A program made the position numbers and the translations under genes. Shown one piece after another: positions 56,850 through 64,000 of a stretch of 64,000 nt of DNA (positions are counted from its first letter, which is position 1; the number at the start of each line of letters is the position of its first letter). The DNA is from Chrysomallon squamiferum (lineage: Eukaryota; Animalia; Mollusca): assembly GCA_012295275.1 (NCBI GenBank), contig CM022675.1, forward strand, positions 5,952,001 to 6,016,000, written 5' to 3'. The notes below the pieces were generated by a model, which was given only the letters and a program-made list of their open reading frames with translations, was not told where the DNA came from and ran no database searches.

Positions 56850-58558
56850 TAATTCATTTGTTTTCATTATTTTTTTTACATTATAGTTTCACATTATATT
56901 TGAAATCCTGCATTTTAAAATTATTTAGTCGTAATATTGATTATTGCATTACAAGGTGGTTGAAAATGACACTGAGTGACAAAAAATGAGATATATGCAA
57001 AAATCATTAAACAGCACATTAACTCTTTTAGAATGTACCTTAATTTTTTACTCTTATGTATTTTAAATAATTAGAGGTAATATGTTAAAAACAAAATACT
57101 GTGATGTATATATTTGTTAATAAAACTTCAGAATGTTTGATGTTTAACTGTAATCCACTAGAAAATACACACTCAGCTTATACATGGAGTCTACTCTTGA
57201 GTGGTGACGGAGAAACATACCTTTGACTGCAAAACAAAAATTACCTATCATCTGAGAATTCTGATATTTTCACTAACGGTGCTAATGAATATTTCAAGCA
57301 TAAATAAATAAATAAATAAATAATCAATTAATGATATTAAATAAAAAAATAAAAATAAATACGCATTAGTTTTTTTATTGGTTAGCTGTGCAATATTATA
57401 GGTACTTGGACTCAAAGAATGTATTGAAAATAAAACAAAATAAATAATATTACAAAACAAAACAACGTAGATACGAAAATAAAGGAGACATGCACAAGCC
57501 CTCTTTTCAGATACTCTCTTTTAATTACTTTAAAAAAAAAAAAAATTCCTTGCAGATACATATCAGTGGCAATAAAATGTCTATATTCATGAAATAGAGG
57601 TTAATTCAGCATCCACGTGTGATAAGTTGTATATGTGAAACAGAAACATAGCTTTGACAGCAAAACAAGTTACCTATCATATGACCATTTCTGACATTTT
57701 TACTAATGGTGCTAATAAAAATAAAGAAAACCCCCCCAAAATAGTCATTAGTTGTTCTGCTGTTTTCTTTAGTTTCTGATACTAAAATTCTGCAAACAAG
57801 ATAATAGTCTATGTCTCACAGCAGTACAGACAGTAGTCGGCAAAACCTGAAGTCTGCAGACTCGGATGCTATCTGGCCAATCAGCGTACTTGTAGCAGCT
57901 TAATCACAGAAACTAAATTGCATTGTTTACATGTAAATCATTGAAGCATTCTACTTTTAATTCACCAAATCTGGTACGTAGCTCATTTTAATAGAAAAAA
58001 CATATCCAATAAGCAAGGCTGAAGTCACAGTTCTTCTGGTGTGTGGCTTATGGCGTCTAGCAAAGATCAGTGCAGTGAAAACTAGCAGTGAAGCTTAATT
58101 ATTAATACACATCATCAGTTCAAAATATCATAGCCCGGAAAAGTAATTATTTTTTCTGTGGTTTCTTAAAGAAATTGTCTTTCACTACAGTGTCTTGTAA
58201 TACCACACAAATTTGTTCAAATATGAATATATTAACTGGTATTTAAATAGCACAAATAGAATTACACGATACACTCATTTGTAAGCAAAAGAAACATCAC
58301 TTGGTGAACTTTGTGATTTAACTACAAAAGTTCTTTGATGTCTGTCTCCAGTTGCATACTATGTAAAGATACAATAAAAACAGAAAAGCTGGAGGCAGGC
58401 ATGATTAATTTTGCTGAATCAAAGGTCCATTGTTCTGTATTTACCAAAGGAAAGAATAGTTTAAGCATTCCAGCAGATGGAGTTTCCAACGGCTACTTGC
58501 TATTAAATCAGTAGTCTCGGATCATAGGGGAACTAGTAGGAAACAATGTATTAATAAT

Positions 58559-58686
<128 letters not shown>

Positions 58687-58736
58687 GTATGTAATGTTAA
58701 CAATACTTAAAACTGATACTTTACAGTTCAGCCATT

Positions 58737-61700
58737 ATGGATGATGAAAAAGAGGATTCAGACGACATCAAAGCTGCAGCTACTTCAGACTTAGATGATG
58801 AAAAAGAGGATTCAGACGACATCAAAGCTGCAGCTACTTCAGACTTAGATGATGAAAAAAAGGATTCAGACGACATCAAAGCTGCAGCTACTTCAGACTT
58901 AGATGATGAAAAAGAGGATTCAGACGACATCAAAGCTGCAGCTACTTCAGACTTAGATGATGAAAAAGAGGATTCAGACGACATCAAAGCTGCAGCTACT
59001 TCAGACTTAGATGATGAAAAAGAGGATTCAGACGACATCAAAGCTGCAGCTACTTCAGACTTAGATGATGAAAAAGAGGATTCAGACGACATCAAAGCTG
59101 CAGCTACTTCAGACTTAGATGATCAAAAAAAGGATTCAGACGACATCAAAGCTGCAGATACTTCTGACTTAGATGATGAAAAAAAGGATTCAGACGACAT
59201 CAAAGCTGCAGCTACTTCTGAGTTAAATGATGAAAAAGAGGATTCAGACGACATCAAAGCTGCAGCCACTTCAGACTTAGATGATGAAAAAGAGGATTCA
59301 GACGACATCAAAGCTGCAGCCACTTCAGACTTAGATGATGAAAAAGAGGATTCAGACGACATCAAAGCTGCAGCTACTTCAGACTTAGATGATGAAAAAG
59401 AGGATTCAGACGACATCAAAGCTGCAGCTACTTCAGACTTAGATGATGAAAAAAAAGATTCAGACGACATCAAAGCTGCAGCTACTTCTGAGTTAAATGA
59501 TGAAAAAGAGGATTCAGACGACATCAAAGCTGCAGCCACTTCAGACTCGGCCACTGCACAGCCACAACTGTCAAGTATTGCATCTTGGGAAGGTAATTAA
59601 TCACACAATATTTCTCTACAATGCACTATACTACTTTGATGGATAGATATAAACAGAAACAATTATTATTTATCTCTGCAAAAGTACAATTTCTCAGCTT
59701 ATTGTTTAATGTCAGACAATTCTACTCTGACAGAGGACTGACTTATTATTATTTCTGTTGATTTTACTTTCACTTTATAGTGTATGCTGATAATTTTAAA
59801 GTTATAGCACTATTGTAGGAAATAAAGAATTAGTTTGATCTGTACACACAGTTTTTGATTTATATGTACACACAAACACACATTTCTCATTAACATTATT
59901 AAACCAATTACGTTTTTGGTCATATCTGTAATGGTCTGTGTACTTCAGTGTTTTTAAAAGATCACTCTAAATAGTGAAACACTGCAAGAAGTACCATTAT
60001 TGTCTGCAGTGAATACTGAAATACTACACACAGTATCATTATTATCTCAATTAAATATTGAAATACTACACAAAGTATATATAAAACAGCAACAACAACG
60101 TCAGTCATTTTAATAATAATAGCAGTAATTATAGTAAATTCATTAAAAAAAGATTGCTCTTTTATGACTAACTTTTAATTTGCTGTTGTTATTTTGTTTC
60201 TTTTAAACCTAACTATAGAACAAAATGTAATAATATCAATCTATAAGGCTAACATTTGTATTAAAACTGAAACTTTACTGTTCAGCAAATATGGATGGTG
60301 CAAAAGAAGATTCAGAAGTCAGCTCTAAAACCACAGATGTTTCTTTGACTGACCATACCACAGCTGCATTTACTTCTAACTCAGATACTGTACACGATTT
60401 ACAGCCACAAGTGTCAAGAATCACATCTTATGAAGGTAATTAATAACACAGTGGTTTTCTACAATGTAGTTAGCTGTTTTTGATGGGCACTTCTAAACAC
60501 ACAAAATTATTATTTGGATATGTAACAATGCACATATTCAATATATTATTTAACGTCAGGAAATTCTACTCTGACAAAAGACAAAGTTATAATATTTCTG
60601 TTCTTTTTACTTCCACATTAAAGTGCGTACTGATTTTATGCTTATCATTATTATTTTCAGTAAATATTGAAACACTACACCAAAAATCATTATTATCTCC
60701 ACTAAATATAAAAATACTACACAAAGTATTTCTGCTATCTGCAGTAAATATTGAAATTTTATGTAAATTGTGCACAAAACAACAACAGCAACAACGGCAG
60801 TCGTTTTCGTAATAATAGCAGTAATTATAGTAAAATCAATCATAAATCTTACAAGTTTGCTCTTTTATGACTAACTTTTAATTTTCTTTTTTGTTTTGTT
60901 ATTATGTTACTTTTAAACATATCGATAGAGCTAAATGTAATAATATCAATCTATAAGGCTAATATTTGTATTAAAACTGATATTCTACTTTCCAGTCAAT
61001 GTGGATGGTGAAAAAGAAGATTCAGAAGTCAGCTCTAAAACCACAGATGTTTGTTTGCCTGACCACGTCACAGCTGCATCTACTTCTAGTTCAGATACAG
61101 AACAGAATTCACAACCACAGGTGTCAAGAATCACATCTTCCGAAGGTAATTAATAACACAGTACTTTTCTACAATGCACTTCACTGTTTTGATGGCGAGT
61201 TCTAAACAGACAAAATTATTATTTATATATGTAACAACCTATATTTTCAGTATATTGTTTAGTCTCAAACAGTTCTAATCTGAAAAAAGACAAATGTATT
61301 ATTTATTTCTGTTGCTTTAACTTTCACTTTAAAGTGCATGCTGACAATTTTTTGGTTATAGCACATTTCGAAGAAATAAAGCATTGGTTTCATCGGTACA
61401 CGCAAACATCACAGTTTTCAGATCTACATTGATAATAAATTAACAATTCAAAAAAGTGTTATTTTACTTACACATGTTTGTTTGACACATGAAACTGTAA
61501 AACAAAACAAACACTAATTACTGTTTGATTGCAATCAGGACGACTGTGTTCTTGCATCTACTTTGTCTTTTTAAATTCTGTAAAGTAATACTTATTTCTT
61601 AGCAGCTATTGATAATCAGTTAACAATATTAAACTCTTTTTTAATATAGTTATATCTGGCAATAACATCTTTTATTAATACTATATGCTGCCATTGTTCT

Positions 61701-63027
61701 GTGTATAGATAAAAACATTTTCATAAAATCTGCTTCATTTACCATTTTCCAGATTCCACAAGAAGGCAGTTAGGGACAAAATCAAATGTAAATACCACGA
61801 AAATTCCGAACCAGGAGGCCCAATCTCACAAGAAGGATGTTGTGCACGGAACTAAAGTTAAAACTAGTAAGTTAAAAACTGAACGTTTTCTTTTCTATCA
61901 GACACTGAGATCTGAAAATACAAAGACACAAACAAATACACACAGACACAAACAAACACAAACACACACACATACACACAAAGACACACATACATACATA
62001 CATTCCTCACTAACAGATTGTTAAACCATTAAAAAAATTTGTAGTAAAACTGATAGTTTACAATTTACCATATATGGATGATGAAGAAGAGGATTCAGAA
62101 GTCAATTCTGAAACTGCAGAACTTTCTTTGAATGGCAGCACCACAGACATATTTACCTCTAACTCAGATACTGTACACCAGTCACAGCCACAAATGTCAA
62201 GTATCACATCCTCTGAAGTTAGATAATAACACATTATTTCTTTGGAATGTACTTTACTATTTTCATGACCTGGTCTAAACAGACAAAACTGTTAATTTGT
62301 ATCTAACAATGCAGATTTTCAATAGATTATTTAATGTCAAACAGTTCTACTCGGAAAAAATGAAAACGTTTTTATTCATTTCTGTTCATTTTACTTCCAC
62401 TTTAAAGTACATGCTGACAATTTTATGGTTATAACACCACAGTGAGAAATAAAGAATTAGTTTTATCTCTAAATGTACACACTTTTCTGATTTATGTTCA
62501 TAATAAATTATCATTTCAATAAGTTATATGTCCTGTTTTAACACATGAAAACTGTAAAACAAAACACACACTAATTACTGTTTGCTTACAATCATGACCA
62601 CTGGAATCATTTTTTTTTTTAATTTACTTTGTTTATTTTAATATTGTAAAGTTGTTTTTATTCTTTGCATCTCCAAAACTGATTGGTTAGCAAACACTAT
62701 TAAACTTATTTTTTAATATAGTTATATTTAATAATAACAGATTTCATCAATACTATATACTGTTGTTGTTCCATGTATAGATACAAAACATTTTTCGAAA
62801 TTGTTTGTAAGCTGTGGATTTAAGTAAGTTTATTCACCATTTTGCAGATACCACCAGAACACAGTTAGGGACAAAACCGAATATCAGCACAGTTCAGACT
62901 CACCATTTTCCACATTCCACAGGAAGGCAGTTAGGGACAAAATCAAATGTAAATACTACGAAAGTTCAGAACCAGGAGGCCCAATCTCATAAGAAAAATG
63001 TTGTGCAAGGAAATAAAATTAAAGCTA
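58737..63027 (+). CDS. 5' part of a gene with an acidic Ser/Thr-rich repetitive N-terminus, paralogous to the 5' exons of the STAND-ankyrin pseudogene; continues beyond the window
   Basis: Open, phase-1-compatible exons 58737-59592, 60286-60435, 60996-61145, 61753-61866 and 62848-63027, with AG/GT sites. Exon and flanking-intron sequences match those at 39997-40121 and 40606-40726 (ttcag|cca.tatggatga ... catctt.tgaag|gtaatta; aaa..a|gtaagttaaaaactgaa). Confidence 0.6.
58740..59549 (+). repeat. 54-bp coding minisatellite, 15 copies (DDEKEDSDDIKAAATSDL)
   Basis: gatgatgaaaaagaggattcagacgacatcaaagctgcagctacttcagactta x15, in frame with no stops. Confidence 0.95.
62069..62218 (+). pseudogene. 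Probable dead copy of the 150-nt exon
   Basis: Homologous to 60286-60435, but the acceptor reads tttac| and the donor gaag|ttag. Confidence 0.6.
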
Positions 63028-63104
63028 GTAAGTTAAAAACTGAAAGTCTCTTTTCTATCAGACTCCGAGATCTGAATATACACATATCTGCACACACATA
63101 CACA

Positions 63105-63137
<33 letters not shown>

Positions 63138-63712
63138 ACACAGATTTGTGTCTAAAAGATCATTAAACCATTTAAAATTTTGTTTTTATCATATTTTTAA
63201 TTGTATGTGTACCTCGGTGTATTTGAGAGACTACCAGTAAATTTGGAAATATTGGACAAAGTATCATTATTATGTCCTGTAAATATTGAAATACTATACA
63301 AAATATCATAATTGTCTCCAGTAAAATATTGAAATACTATACAAAATATCATTATTGTCTCCAGTAAATATTGAAATACTATACAGAGTATTATTTTTAC
63401 CTCCTTCAAATATTGAAATACTATACAAAGTATCATTATTATGTCCAGTAAATTTTTAAATACAGCACAAAGTATCAGTATTATCACCTGTAAATATTGA
63501 AATGCTATGCAAAGTATACATGGTACAAAAACAATAATAACTATGACATTCATTTCAGTAATTCTAGCAGTAATCCTTGTAAACTGAATCCTAAAAGTTC
63601 TTTTATGACTTCTTGTTATTATGTTGCTTTTAAATATAGGGATAGAACCAGATGTAATAACAGGAATCTATAAAGCTAACATTTCTATTAAAACTGATAC
63701 TTTACTGTTCAT

Positions 63713-63862
63713 CAAATATAGATGATTAAAAACAGGATTCAGAAGAGAATTCTGAAACTTCAGCTTTTTCTTTGACTGGCAGCACCACAGTTGTATTTAC
63801 CTCTAACTCAGATACTGTACACCATTTACAGCCACAAGGGTCAAGTATCAAATCCCGTGAAG
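63713..63862 (+). pseudogene. Dead copy of the 150-nt exon
   Basis: Homologous to 60286-60435; acceptor changed to ttcat|, in-frame TAA (gat taa) and donor lost (gaag|ttga). Confidence 0.7.
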
Positions 63863-64000
63863 TTGATATTTTGATGGGCAGGTCTAAAGGGACAAAATTA
63901 TTACTTACATATGTAAAATGAAGATTTTCAATATATTGTTTATTCCCAAATAGTTCTACTCTGAGAAAAGAAAACATTATTATATATTTCTCTTACAATT

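Noticed and set aside
58721-59554. Antisense Ser-rich ORFs (SSESSFSSSKSEVAAALM)
   Set aside because: Mirror of the 54-bp repeat; splice sites and paralogous exons support only the plus strand.

Overview
AT-rich, microsatellite-dense eukaryotic DNA with GT-AG introns. The gene and transposon repertoire suggests a lophotrochozoan, probably a mollusc (inference). Most ORF-track entries are microsatellite artefacts, and the real genes had to be spliced by eye. From left to right: a decayed TRIM-like relic and a MULE transposase fragment; a two-exon gene for a 63-aa secreted 8-Cys peptide (minus); an 8-exon SKAP1/2-family adaptor (plus) with an orphan intronless ORF in intron 1; 9-exon metaxin-2 (minus); a RacA/RhoBTB-type GTPase-BTB-BTB-CAAX gene (plus) with one frameshift in a G-run; an intact VMO1 gene; a pseudogenised NLR-like STAND NTPase (nSTAND3-type) plus ankyrin gene; and a Ginger2/KRBA2-like transposon relic with a 27-bp minisatellite. 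A second copy of the VMO1 + STAND-gene block follows, in which VMO1 is dead but the STAND gene's 5' exons are open and amplified (150-nt exon repeats and a 15 x 54-bp coding VNTR); it runs off the right edge. The most notable points are this duplicated VMO1/NLR-like cassette with reciprocal decay, the SKAP-MTX2 adjacency (both flank Hox clusters in vertebrates), the small Cys-rich peptide and the intronic orphan ORF. All family assignments come from motif recognition, not database searches.
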